64,000 bases of DNA from positions 183,754-247,753 of the forward strand of contig WBUL01000005.1 in NCBI GenBank assembly GCA_008933735.1, given 5' to 3'. Shown piece by piece: positions 36,212-45,509 of the stretch; position 1 is the stretch's first letter, and the number at the start of each line of letters is the position of its first letter. The DNA comes from Anaerolineae bacterium (lineage in GTDB: Bacteria; Chloroflexota; Anaerolineae; Aggregatilineales; J027). The notes under the pieces are model-generated. The model ran no database searches. It was not told where the DNA came from and saw only the letters and a list, made by a program, of their open reading frames with translations. Position numbers and translations under genes: made by a program.

Positions 36212-37795
36212 ATGGCTCGAAGAACCCGTTTTGCTTTATTATTGGGCTTGATTGTACTTCTTCTGGGGGCTGTGGTTATTTTTGCCTCCGGCGCGTTTAA
36301 AAAATCTTCCGCTTCCGCATCTGAATCTCCGGTTGCACCCGAAGTCAAAACGGTCCCCCTGATTGGCGAAGGTGACCAGCTTCTTGTCTGGACAGCCCCC
36401 GCTGTGCTGCCAGATACCCAGGCAGCAAACGCAACGGGCGATGTTGCCCTGGTAGACAGCGCGGGAAATGTTGTTCCAGTGGTGAAAGTTCCTGATGGCG
36501 CCAATCGAGTGATTGCGTGCGGTGCGAACGCGCTTTCCCCGGATGGCCGCCACTTCGCGTTTTTTATGGGGGTAGATAGCAATCAGGGAGGGGAAATTTT
36601 CCTGATGACCGATGGCGGCACCCCAACCCCGATTGATAAGGTTCAATACCTGGCCTGCCAGGGCGGGAATGGCCGTTTTAACTTCTCTCCGGACAGCAGC
36701 CGCTACGCCTACATTGCTTACGAATCTGATGCCCGCCAGTCCGAATTTGCGGATGGTACGCTGCGGGTGGGCAGCACCAGCGATTACAGCGTTGCTTTTG
36801 AGGAACGGAATGTCACGTCCTTCGACATTACTGATGAAGGCGTCGGCTACCTGCAATTTTTCACCAACGAAAAAAGAGAAGCTGATGAAGCCGCCATTGC
36901 CTTCTGGGATGGCAGTTCTGCCCGCGAGATTACCGCTTTTAATGTGGCGGAAGGCTGCCGCTATACCAGTGGATATATCAAAGTCGGCCCGAATGGTCAT
37001 TTGTGGGTGGTGATCCGAGAACTTTGCCGTGATCGCAACGAATGGCAGCTTTATGACGTAAATCCCGAAGACCGGAGTGTGCTGGTAGTGTTGAAGGAAG
37101 AACCGCGTGGCGCATCGGTCAGCTACGCCGAAACCAACAACATCATTTTCTCACCTGATGGCGAAACCATGTTCTATACGCTGCCGGATGGTGTGGGCGC
37201 GAACAGTGTGACCCTTTACGCTGCCCCTGCCAGCGATTTTGCCGCCAAGAAAGTGGTTATTAATGGGAAGGCGCGTTTCCGCACCTATGGCGGTTCAGTG
37301 AATGCCAATCCGGTCATTTCTCCTGATAAAAACTGGCTGGCGGTGGTTTCTGACGATGGCAACAGCAATTACAAACTGCATATCGTGAACCTTGCAAATC
37401 CGGACGCTGCGCCGTTGGAAGTAGAAGCGGGCAGCCGGGGCGATTCAATTACCTTCGTGCAGTTTACGGCGGACAGCAGCCGTCTGATCTACACGGCTGG
37501 CGGTGTAAATGGGGCAGATAACTCCCTGTTTGCGATGGAACTGTCATCGGGCAGCGCCTTCCGCATCCAGCGTGGCAATTTCACGGGCTGGGCGGCGGTT
37601 TCCCCCGCCGGTGATGAGGTTGCAATCCTGGACTACCAGATTCAAGCAGAAGGGATTCGTGGCCCCGATTTTGTGAATCTGGAAGTGATTAACGTGGACA
37701 GTGGTGAAACCACGACACTGCTGACTGGTGGCGAGGTAATTGACGGCGAAGTAAAAAACACCAAATTCTTCGCGCCGTTCCTCTGGCTGAAGTAG
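36212..37795 (+). CDS. Secreted PD40/TolB-like beta-propeller repeat protein
   Basis: Signal anchor. Repeats LSPDGRHFAFF, FSPDSSRYAYI, FSPDGETMFYT, ISPDKNWLAVV, FTADSSRLIYT. Confidence 0.6.
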   Translation: MARRTRFALLLGLIVLLLGAVVIFASGAFKKSSASASESPVAPEVKTVPLIGEGDQLLVWTAPAVLPDTQAANATGDVALVDSAGNVVPVVKVPDGANRVIACGANALSPDGRHFAFFMGVDSNQGGEIFLMTDGGTPTPIDKVQYLACQGGNGRFNFSPDSSRYAYIAYESDARQSEFADGTLRVGSTSDYSVAFEERNVTSFDITDEGVGYLQFFTNEKREADEAAIAFWDGSSAREITAFNVAEGCRYTSGYIKVGPNGHLWVVIRELCRDRNEWQLYDVNPEDRSVLVVLKEEPRGASVSYAETNNIIFSPDGETMFYTLPDGVGANSVTLYAAPASDFAAKKVVINGKARFRTYGGSVNANPVISPDKNWLAVVSDDGNSNYKLHIVNLANPDAAPLEVEAGSRGDSITFVQFTADSSRLIYTAGGVNGADNSLFAMELSSGSAFRIQRGNFTGWAAVSPAGDEVAILDYQIQAEGIRGPDFVNLEVINVDSGETTTLLTGGEVIDGEVKNTKFFAPFLWLK

Positions 37796-37807
37796 ATGAT
37801 TAGAATG

Positions 37808-37836
37808 GGATAGGCTTGTGGAGCCTGTCCTTTTCT
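37808..37836 (+). terminator. Rho-independent terminator
   Basis: GGATAGGCT-tgtgg-AGCCTGTCC (one G-U pair) followed by TTTTCT. Confidence 0.65.
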
Positions 37837-37851
37837 GCAAAGCGCTAACAC

Positions 37852-37881
37852 AAAAAAGGCGGTCAATGTGCCGTCTTTTTT
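37852..37881. terminator. Second, bidirectional-looking terminator
   Basis: AAAAAAGGCGG-tcaatgtg-CCGTCTTTTTT. Confidence 0.6.
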
Positions 37882-37929
37882 GTTGGGTGGGTTAGAATAG
37901 AGTGGAAAAAATACAAGGAGCTTTTTGGC

Positions 37930-38511
37930 ATGTCTACAATGACTAACGGCTGTCTTGGATTGATCATCAGTATTCTGGGAGCGCTGGGTCTACTCGGATT
38001 GTTAGGGGTATTGGGGATAGAACAGCCGCCCCTGCCCGAACCTTTTGCAGTGACGGTGGAACCGTTTGCGACCTGGACTCCTTTGCCCACACCGTTTGCG
38101 TCGCCAACCCCCACTGCGACTCCGGTCGGCGAAGCACATCCGGCTGAAGTTGGTGACCAGGAGGGTGAGATTCCGGTCGGCGGCGGCGAAGTCTGGATGT
38201 ACGATGGGGAAGCAGGCGAAATCATTTCAATTTCAATTCGCGCCGATAACCCCGCCAACGACACGACGGTTGAGGAGCGTATTGAACAGGGTTTGCTGGA
38301 TGTCTACGCCTATGTCTATGACCCGGATGGTTTTTTGCTGGCGGAAGCCGATGATATTGAATCCGGTATTTTGACCGATGTACAGATTGATGAACTGGAA
38401 CTGCCCGTAACCGGAACCTATCGGATTGAAGTCCGCAGTTGGGATAATACCAACGGCGGTGGTTACACCCTGTCGATCAAATCATCGCGCAGTCTTGCCC
38501 CTACACCCTGA
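37930..38511 (+). CDS. Secreted protein with pre-peptidase C-terminal (PPC)-like domain
   Basis: TM/signal segment, a Pro/Thr linker, then GEIISISIRADNPANDT...YAYVYDPDGFLLAEADD...LPVTGTYRIEVRSWDNTNGGGYTLSIKS, typical of PPC domains. Confidence 0.55.
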   Translation: MSTMTNGCLGLIISILGALGLLGLLGVLGIEQPPLPEPFAVTVEPFATWTPLPTPFASPTPTATPVGEAHPAEVGDQEGEIPVGGGEVWMYDGEAGEIISISIRADNPANDTTVEERIEQGLLDVYAYVYDPDGFLLAEADDIESGILTDVQIDELELPVTGTYRIEVRSWDNTNGGGYTLSIKSSRSLAPTP

Positions 38512-38591
38512 GGGGGTTAGCCTAGGCCAGAACCTGCTGACAGGCCACACGTATAGTAGAATAAAATATGCTTTGAAATGGAGATGCCTGA

Positions 38592-41027
38592 ATGCCGCCG
38601 ACCCCGGCTGTTTACCCCCTGACTTTACGTATCGCGGCTGATGCTCGTACCGGACGCACTGTCTATGCTGATGACCAGAGCTGGGAGGTGGCGCTTGGTC
38701 AAAATGAGCAGCCGGCGATTGCCCTGCAAACCCGCTACGGTGGGCGGGTTGGGTTGCTGCGGGTGGTACCAATGGTGAGGAGTGAAAGCCAGGTATGGTA
38801 TGAAACACAGCACCTGACCAGTCCACCGCGACTCGCACTGCTTGCACCGGACGCGCTGCGCGTTGATGCGGAGATCATTCCCGATGTGCAAGTGGGCTTT
38901 TATGCGTGGGTGATGCATTCGCAGGCAGTTGGCGGAAGTCTGATTTTTAGCAACAAAACCCAACACCCACTGAAGCTTACCGCCGAATTGGTGGCTCAGG
39001 CCATGCGGGAAAAAAAGCCCGTCCCAATGAGTATGTTGTCGCTGGAGACACCTCATGGGCCGGCAGTTGGGCTGTCGCTGGGGCAGATTGGCAATCTACA
39101 GCCCGTTTTGCTCATGGAACGAGCACACGAAAATCCTTCTCCTCGGTTGAGCACGCCGCTCACCATTGCGGCAGGGAAAACCGCTTCCGTAAAATTTGTG
39201 ATCGCAGCGCTGCCCCATTTGGAAGATTCATTAGAAGAAGCGTATCTCTGGTTATACAACGCGGATTGGAACGCTCATCTAATGTCGATTCAGCGGCGGC
39301 AGCTTCCGATGATCGAAACGGGCGACGATGAGGTTGATGCGGCAATTATGCTCAGCCAGCAGGCTGCGCTGCGGAGTCTCATTGGCAAAACAGATCACTT
39401 TCCCTATCCATCTCCGGTATTTGTACGTCTGCCGTCGATGGGGTTTTCACCCAACGGCACAGGCTCTGACCATATTCGTCCCTGGGAAGGGCAAAACGCG
39501 CTTGATACCTACCAGCTTGCCAGTACTTTAGCCGTGCTTGATCCGGCTTTGGTACAGGGAATCATAAAAAACTATCTGTCAGTCCAGCAGCAGGACGGGT
39601 TTGTGGACGCCGCCCCTGGTGCGGCAGGTCAGCGGGCCGGGGTACTGCTCGCGCCATTTCTCGCTCAGTTAACAGCCCTTGCATATCAATATTCCGGTGA
39701 CAGAACATTCGTCTCGGAAATATATCCTCGGTTGCTGAAATTCTATACGCGCTGGTTCGCCCAGGATGCAGATGGAGATGGTTTTCCTGAATGGGAGGCG
39801 GGACACTATTCCCTGCCCATGATGCTGCCTCACCCCGAATCATTGCTGGCGCAGCTCGAATCACCTGAGCTGGGCGCGTATTTGCTGAATGAAGGGCGAG
39901 CGCTGGCATTTCTGGCGGCGGAAGCGGGCCAGCAGGCGGAATGGAAAAAAGCAGCACGGCATCATGAAAAACTGAAGGTGGCTGTGCTGGACACCTGGCA
40001 GGATGGCCGCTTTATCTATCGTGACCGTGATTCTCATCAGGAATTGGTGGGCGAAATGCTGTTCAGGGCGATGGGAGACCAGACATTGGCCGCGCCTGTG
40101 ATCCTTCAGTCGCCGAGAAGTGTGGTGATTCAAGTAGAAGGTGGCGGAAACAACAAACCCAGGATGCTCAAGGTAACGCTGGAAGGGATTGACCGGAGCG
40201 GGAAAGCAGCCTCCGAAGTCGTGGAAGGTACAGCGTTCACCTGGTATCGGGGGAAAGGCTCAGCCATGACCCGTACTGTGTGGCAGCGCGTTGACCACCT
40301 GAAAGTAGAAGGCTTGAGCCGCGTTTACGAATATCAGGTCAAAACGCCGGACTTTACCCGGCGCGACCTCAGCCAGCTTTTACCCTATACGGCAGAGTTT
40401 CTGGATGAGGCAGGACAAAGAGTATGCCTGAATTACCTGAAAGAAAATTACTGGCGCGAGTATGGGCTTGCCGCCGCCGAAACCCCGCAGCCTGACGACC
40501 TGCACAACCGCATGGTGCTTCCCTGGGCGATGATGATAGGACTGGCGCTGCTGGAGCGGGGAGAACCGCGACTCAGCGCCGAACTGTTCGAAAAAATTAC
40601 ATCGGTGCAGGTCAAGGTCTTAAAGGAACAGGGCAGTTTTTTCCAGTGGTATGATGTGGTGAAGGGGGTTGGACTGGGGCTTCAGGAGCACACCACCGGA
40701 CTCGTTCCACTGCATTGGTTGATGCAGTTGATTGGCGTAGTCGTGCTCGATGGTGGTACAGTTAATGTCCTGAGACCGTTTGGCCTGAAGAAGAAAGTCG
40801 CCCTGGTGCAGCACGGCATCAAAATCGCACGCAGCAGTCGCAAATTGAGCATTAAATTTGCCAGTGGACACGCTGTTGAACTTCCTGCTGATGCGCCACC
40901 GCAGATTGTCCGTGATCCTAAGTATCACCCGACCCAGGAACCGATGATAGAACCGCCAGCCCCCAAACGTACCCGGAAGCCTGTGCAAACGGGTAAGATC
41001 CCCCTGTCGAATGATGGGGGGTTGTAA
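38592..41027 (+). CDS. Large (alpha/alpha)6-barrel glycoside-hydrolase-like protein (GH63/MGH1/debranching-like), uncertain
   Basis: 811 aa. The central QQQDGFVD ... FAQDADGDGFPEWE motifs resemble six-hairpin glycosidases. This is a low-resolution call. Confidence 0.4.
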   Translation: MPPTPAVYPLTLRIAADARTGRTVYADDQSWEVALGQNEQPAIALQTRYGGRVGLLRVVPMVRSESQVWYETQHLTSPPRLALLAPDALRVDAEIIPDVQVGFYAWVMHSQAVGGSLIFSNKTQHPLKLTAELVAQAMREKKPVPMSMLSLETPHGPAVGLSLGQIGNLQPVLLMERAHENPSPRLSTPLTIAAGKTASVKFVIAALPHLEDSLEEAYLWLYNADWNAHLMSIQRRQLPMIETGDDEVDAAIMLSQQAALRSLIGKTDHFPYPSPVFVRLPSMGFSPNGTGSDHIRPWEGQNALDTYQLASTLAVLDPALVQGIIKNYLSVQQQDGFVDAAPGAAGQRAGVLLAPFLAQLTALAYQYSGDRTFVSEIYPRLLKFYTRWFAQDADGDGFPEWEAGHYSLPMMLPHPESLLAQLESPELGAYLLNEGRALAFLAAEAGQQAEWKKAARHHEKLKVAVLDTWQDGRFIYRDRDSHQELVGEMLFRAMGDQTLAAPVILQSPRSVVIQVEGGGNNKPRMLKVTLEGIDRSGKAASEVVEGTAFTWYRGKGSAMTRTVWQRVDHLKVEGLSRVYEYQVKTPDFTRRDLSQLLPYTAEFLDEAGQRVCLNYLKENYWREYGLAAAETPQPDDLHNRMVLPWAMMIGLALLERGEPRLSAELFEKITSVQVKVLKEQGSFFQWYDVVKGVGLGLQEHTTGLVPLHWLMQLIGVVVLDGGTVNVLRPFGLKKKVALVQHGIKIARSSRKLSIKFASGHAVELPADAPPQIVRDPKYHPTQEPMIEPPAPKRTRKPVQTGKIPLSNDGGL

Positions 41028-42685
41028 TGCAATTTTCGCTGAAAACAGGTTTATTATCTCTGGCGGGCGGGGCATTCTTATTTGTGTCTGCTGCGTTTTT
41101 AACTCGTGAACTGGCTGTTGAAAATGAAGTCGAATTTGTGTTTATTACAGCGACTCCACGTCCTCAGCAGGCCGCGCCTACGCTCATCCCGACACAGGTG
41201 ATTCCCACACCTATTGCTGCCCTGCCAACTGATTCTCTGACGCCAACAGATCACCTTATAACTGATACGCCGCAGCCACCGACACTCACACCAACGGTTT
41301 CTCCCACCTCTACCGCGACCCATACGCCTGAGCCGCTTCATCTGGTCATGATTACCAGCGAGGTAGGGGCGTTCCTGCGCGGCGGGCCGGGGGTGGATTA
41401 TGAAGTAGTAGGGGAAGCGCTACCGGGGAGTGTTTACAAAGCCCTGGCCTACCAGAACCGCGATGAGAATCGCTGGTATCTGGTCGAACTGCCCACTGGA
41501 GAGACCGGTTGGGTTTCTGCGCTGGTGGCTTTACCGGCCGAAGGGACACAGCCGGAAGCGATTGCGCTGGCGGCGACAATGCCTCCGACCCCGCTGCCAA
41601 CGTCAACTGTTACGCCGACCTCTACCAGTACCCCTCCTTTGGAGGCCGATGCCTACGTGAGTTATGAACGTGATAAACTGCGCCTCCGGAGTGCCCCCAA
41701 CAACGAGGCAGAGGTGCTGACCCTGCTGGCGGAACTGACCCCTTTGACCCTGCGTGCCCGAACCCAGGATAATGTCTGGTACAATGTCATGACCGCTAAT
41801 GGCCGCGAAGGTTGGGTTATGTCCCAGTTTGTGACCGTGAATCTGTCGCTTGATGGCGTCCCGATCATCCAACCAACCCCAACGGCATACAGGCCAAATG
41901 TCAACGATTGCATTTCTGTAGTCGGCGATTCGATGCCTTATGGGCACATCATTTATAAAATACCCGGTTATGGGTTCAGCACCGTGCGGGCGACTCCGTT
42001 CAGTGTGGTGCTTGCCAATCAGCTTGGGGCCGCCGGACGCAGCCTGACCGTCCTGGATCGAACCGTGCCCGCGTCACTGCTGTGGGACAATGGGCGAATT
42101 CCCTACCGGAAATCTCCGGAATATGCCATGCTGCTGAATGATCGCTGTCGTTTTACGGTGGTTGTGCCTTTCCTCAATGATTTGAGCGTTGGCGAAGATC
42201 GCCCTGATGCGGTTGGTGCCCATATGACCGACCTCACAACCCTGGTGCAGACCTTGAACCAGGTCAATCCAGACGGTGAGATTCTGATCCTTGGATTTTA
42301 TTACGGCACACCAGCCGAATTTGTCTGGTCATATGCCAAAGGATATACGGTTGAGAGCGTCAACTTATTCAACCAGCGCTTATTTGAAGCCTGTGCACCG
42401 GGGGGAACGCTGGGTGTGTTTGGGAATGTGACCTGTGCCCCTATCGAAAATGTGCTGTGGGCCGTCGGGAACGGGGCGTTCGCTGGAGAAGCACAGGAAG
42501 AAACCGTCAGGGCGTCGCTCTATGAGCCGCTTCCCGCGGATGGGCTGCCCCTGTTTGAAGAGTACTGGATGCTGCACCCGGATGATCCGATCATTGGCGA
42601 TGGGATTCATCTGAGTGAACAGGGCAAAATCACGCTGGCACAGTTTGTGATTACGCAGTTAGTTGCCATCAACCCTGACTGGTAA
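41027..42685 (+). CDS. SH3b-domain plus SGNH/GDSL hydrolase protein
   Basis: The start overlaps the upstream stop (TAATG). TM anchor, P/T-rich linkers and two SH3b-like segments (GAFLRGGPGVDYEVVGEAL...WYLVELPTGETGWV; LRLRSAPNNEAEVL...WYNVMTANGREGWV). SGNH block I is ISVVGDSMPYG and block V is GDGIHLSEQG. Confidence 0.6.
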   Translation: MQFSLKTGLLSLAGGAFLFVSAAFLTRELAVENEVEFVFITATPRPQQAAPTLIPTQVIPTPIAALPTDSLTPTDHLITDTPQPPTLTPTVSPTSTATHTPEPLHLVMITSEVGAFLRGGPGVDYEVVGEALPGSVYKALAYQNRDENRWYLVELPTGETGWVSALVALPAEGTQPEAIALAATMPPTPLPTSTVTPTSTSTPPLEADAYVSYERDKLRLRSAPNNEAEVLTLLAELTPLTLRARTQDNVWYNVMTANGREGWVMSQFVTVNLSLDGVPIIQPTPTAYRPNVNDCISVVGDSMPYGHIIYKIPGYGFSTVRATPFSVVLANQLGAAGRSLTVLDRTVPASLLWDNGRIPYRKSPEYAMLLNDRCRFTVVVPFLNDLSVGEDRPDAVGAHMTDLTTLVQTLNQVNPDGEILILGFYYGTPAEFVWSYAKGYTVESVNLFNQRLFEACAPGGTLGVFGNVTCAPIENVLWAVGNGAFAGEAQEETVRASLYEPLPADGLPLFEEYWMLHPDDPIIGDGIHLSEQGKITLAQFVITQLVAINPDW

Positions 42686-42696
42686 CTGCGGTAAAA

Positions 42697-43725
42697 TTGA
42701 GAGAATTTTTCTGGCAGGATTCAGGGATGCAGCCAACCTCCGAGTTTATTTTTCAGAATGCAGCGGTGGGAATTCTGATTGTTGGGAGTCAGGGAGAACT
42801 GCTGCGGTTGAATGCTGCCGCGATTGCGATGCTTCATGTTTCGCTGGATTTTGTCCAGGGAAGACCGGTCGGCGAGATTTTCCGAGAGAATCGTTCGCTG
42901 GTTCGCTTGGCGCTGCCAGGTGGCCCCAAACAGCTGAAAATCCGTCTTGCCGATAACCGCCTCGCTTCAGGAGTTGGAGGCGATGTACAAGGGCTGCGGA
43001 TTGTTATCCTGCACGATATTACCGAACGGCATGACCTGGATTCACGGCGGGATGCGCTCATCAAAGCGATTTCTCACGATTTACGCAATCCGATTAATGC
43101 GCTGGGGGGCTACGCGGAATTGGTGCGGAAGTTTGGCACGCTGAATCCGCAGCAGGAACGCTTTATGACGCGCATTCAGCAAACGACCAATAAGCTGTAT
43201 GAAATGACCGAAAAGCTGGTTGATTTGTCGTGGATTGAGGCCGGAATGCCCCTGGAGCATGTTCCCGTTGAATTAATTGGCCTGACCCGCGAAGTGATGC
43301 GCGAATTGTCCTACGAAGCCTATAAAACGGGGGTCAGTATTGTAAACAGCATCCCCGATGAGTGTCCGGCGGTGATGGGTGATCCACGCAGCCTGAAAAA
43401 AGCGATTTATTATTTGCTGGATAACGCCATCCGCTATTCAATGGGCGGTAACAATGTGGTTATTCACGCCTGGCATAATCGAGCAAATGTCTATTATACT
43501 GTCGCAGATCAGGGAATTGGCATTAGTCCGGAAGATCAGCCCAAAATCTGGGATCGGATGTGGCGTTCCAGCGATGAGCGCGTGCGGGATGTCGCGGGGG
43601 CAGGCATCGGATTAACCTATGTGCGGACCGTGATTAAACGGCATGGTGGTAAAATCCATGTGGACAGCACCCTGAATGAGGGGTCAACTTTTACTTTTGA
43701 ACTTCCACTCATGCGAGGCATCTGA
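42697..43725 (+). CDS. Cytoplasmic PAS-histidine kinase (no cognate regulator adjacent)
   Basis: H-box ISHDLRNPINAL, N-box LLDNAIRYS, G1 DQGIGI and G2 GAGIGL. Confidence 0.8.
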   Translation: MREFFWQDSGMQPTSEFIFQNAAVGILIVGSQGELLRLNAAAIAMLHVSLDFVQGRPVGEIFRENRSLVRLALPGGPKQLKIRLADNRLASGVGGDVQGLRIVILHDITERHDLDSRRDALIKAISHDLRNPINALGGYAELVRKFGTLNPQQERFMTRIQQTTNKLYEMTEKLVDLSWIEAGMPLEHVPVELIGLTREVMRELSYEAYKTGVSIVNSIPDECPAVMGDPRSLKKAIYYLLDNAIRYSMGGNNVVIHAWHNRANVYYTVADQGIGISPEDQPKIWDRMWRSSDERVRDVAGAGIGLTYVRTVIKRHGGKIHVDSTLNEGSTFTFELPLMRGI

Positions 43726-44484
43726 ATGCTGCTGGCGTCTTTTGAAAACATCCGTGATTTTTGCGAGCGTATGTATTGGGACTGGCCGGATTCGATTACT
43801 GAGTACAGTGATGGGTATGTACTCAATTACAGCGGATTGACCTGGCTTTCCGGTGCAAATCAGCTCTGGGTGGACGATCCTTCGATTGTAACTCCGATGT
43901 TTCTGGAATACTGTTCGCGTTTTTTTCGCCGCTATCGGGCAGAATGGAGCATCGTGGTCATGCCCGTCGTACAGCCAGATTTAAAAGACCGTATTTTGCG
44001 GGCGGGGGGGTATATTCGCTGGGACAGCCCTGTCATGATTCTGGAAGGGATGCCTGCCGCCGTGACCAGCAGCCATATTCACATCCGTCCTGTTCGTGGG
44101 AGTATTATGGAACGGCAGGCCCAGCGCATTTTAAGCGAGGCGTTTTATGTTGACCATGCAGTGAATCTGCGTCTGGTACGCCCCGATCATGAAACCGACC
44201 CGGCAATTTCTCATTATATGGCTTATTATGATGAACAACCGGCAGCCGTAGCAACGATGACATTGACTCAGGACATCGCCGGAATCTGGAATGTCGGAAC
44301 GCGGCGCATGTTCCGGCGGAAAGGGTTGGCCTCGGCGCTGATGTATCAGATGTGCTACGACGCATATCATTATGGGTATTCCCATACGATGCTGATGGCG
44401 AGCAGTATGGGACAGCCTATCTATGAAAAAATGGGTTATACCATCGTTGGTGATGTACTGTATATGGGTTTAGCGAGTTATTAA
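43726..44484 (+). CDS. GNAT family N-acetyltransferase
   Basis: Acetyl-CoA binding motif FRRKGLASALMYQM. The start abuts the kinase stop (TGAATG). Confidence 0.7.
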   Translation: MLLASFENIRDFCERMYWDWPDSITEYSDGYVLNYSGLTWLSGANQLWVDDPSIVTPMFLEYCSRFFRRYRAEWSIVVMPVVQPDLKDRILRAGGYIRWDSPVMILEGMPAAVTSSHIHIRPVRGSIMERQAQRILSEAFYVDHAVNLRLVRPDHETDPAISHYMAYYDEQPAAVATMTLTQDIAGIWNVGTRRMFRRKGLASALMYQMCYDAYHYGYSHTMLMASSMGQPIYEKMGYTIVGDVLYMGLASY

Positions 44485-44492
44485 TGGGGTAA

Positions 44493-45404
44493 ATGATGGT
44501 GCAGCACGATACCAAACCACATGTGGAAGCCGATTTAGACCCAACCCGACCACGCTATGATTTTGAAGTTTCGCCGGAGGTCTCAGATTTTATCCCTGCA
44601 CGACCTGATGGTGTCCGAATCGCGCTGGTGCATTTTGAACCGGAGCAGCATAAAAGCGACAACATGCAGACAGCGGTGCGGTTGGCATGGCAGGCAGCGG
44701 ATGAAGGGGCTAACATTATCTCCTTTCCGGAAATGTTTTTGCTGCCCTGGGTGTTTGCCTCGGAGGAAGTGGACGCCTATGAACACCTGGCTGACCCCTT
44801 CAATGGCAACATCTGGACACCGTTAAGGACGCTCGCCCGCGATAAACAGGTGGTGCTGGTGTGTCCGTTTTTTGAGCGTGGCGACGATAAACGAAATTAT
44901 AATAGCTGTCTGGTCATTGACATTCATGGAGAAATCGCGGGCTGCTACCGCAAGCGTCACCTCCCACCCGATAATGAACGACTGCATATAACCCCTGGTG
45001 ATGGTATTTTCTCAGCTTTTCAGACCGCTTATGGGCGTGTTGGTGTGTATATCTGCTACGATAACTTCTTCCCGGAAGGGGCGCGGGCGATTGCGCTTGA
45101 TGGGGCGGACATTGTGTTTGCGCCGTCCGCCTCGACTGAAATCGACGCCGCCTTCAAGTGGGAAATCGCAATTGCCTCTCACGCCCTGGCGAATGGTATC
45201 CCCTGGGTGCGGATTAACCGTATCGAAAGCCCTTGCTACCGGGCGAGTTTTGTCGCGCTGGCGTCCGGGGAAATTGTGCCGGTAGACAGCGACGAAGGAT
45301 TTGCACTGGTGGAGATTGATTATACTGATACAGACCGAGTCCGGGCGAAATGGCCTTTTATGGAAGATCGCCGACCCGACCAGTATCAGGTTTTGGTGAA
45401 GTAG
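44493..45404 (+). CDS. Carbon-nitrogen hydrolase (nitrilase superfamily)
   Basis: Catalytic E-K-C triad contexts ISFPEMF, YRKRHL and VYICYDNFFPE. Confidence 0.8.
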   Translation: MMVQHDTKPHVEADLDPTRPRYDFEVSPEVSDFIPARPDGVRIALVHFEPEQHKSDNMQTAVRLAWQAADEGANIISFPEMFLLPWVFASEEVDAYEHLADPFNGNIWTPLRTLARDKQVVLVCPFFERGDDKRNYNSCLVIDIHGEIAGCYRKRHLPPDNERLHITPGDGIFSAFQTAYGRVGVYICYDNFFPEGARAIALDGADIVFAPSASTEIDAAFKWEIAIASHALANGIPWVRINRIESPCYRASFVALASGEIVPVDSDEGFALVEIDYTDTDRVRAKWPFMEDRRPDQYQVLVK

Positions 45405-45509
45405 GCGGCAGCAATACGCAGACCAGCCGTACAGGAATAAATCTGATTTTTGTAGTATAAAAAACGGGGCTGTTACCACAAAAATCAAGGGTGTAGTAAG
45501 ATAGACTGC

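Noticed and set aside
36239-37000. Long antisense ORFs overlapping well-supported genes. Examples: 36239..37000(-), 16270..17037(+), 31437..32243(+), 12056..12706(+), 60585..61178(-), 45012..45578(-), 29735..30280(+), 8292..8783(-), 13343..13885(+).
   Set aside because: Each lies opposite a gene with clear catalytic or family motifs. Their translations are R/G/P/A-rich and motif-free, as expected for spurious ORFs on the antisense strand of GC-rich coding DNA.
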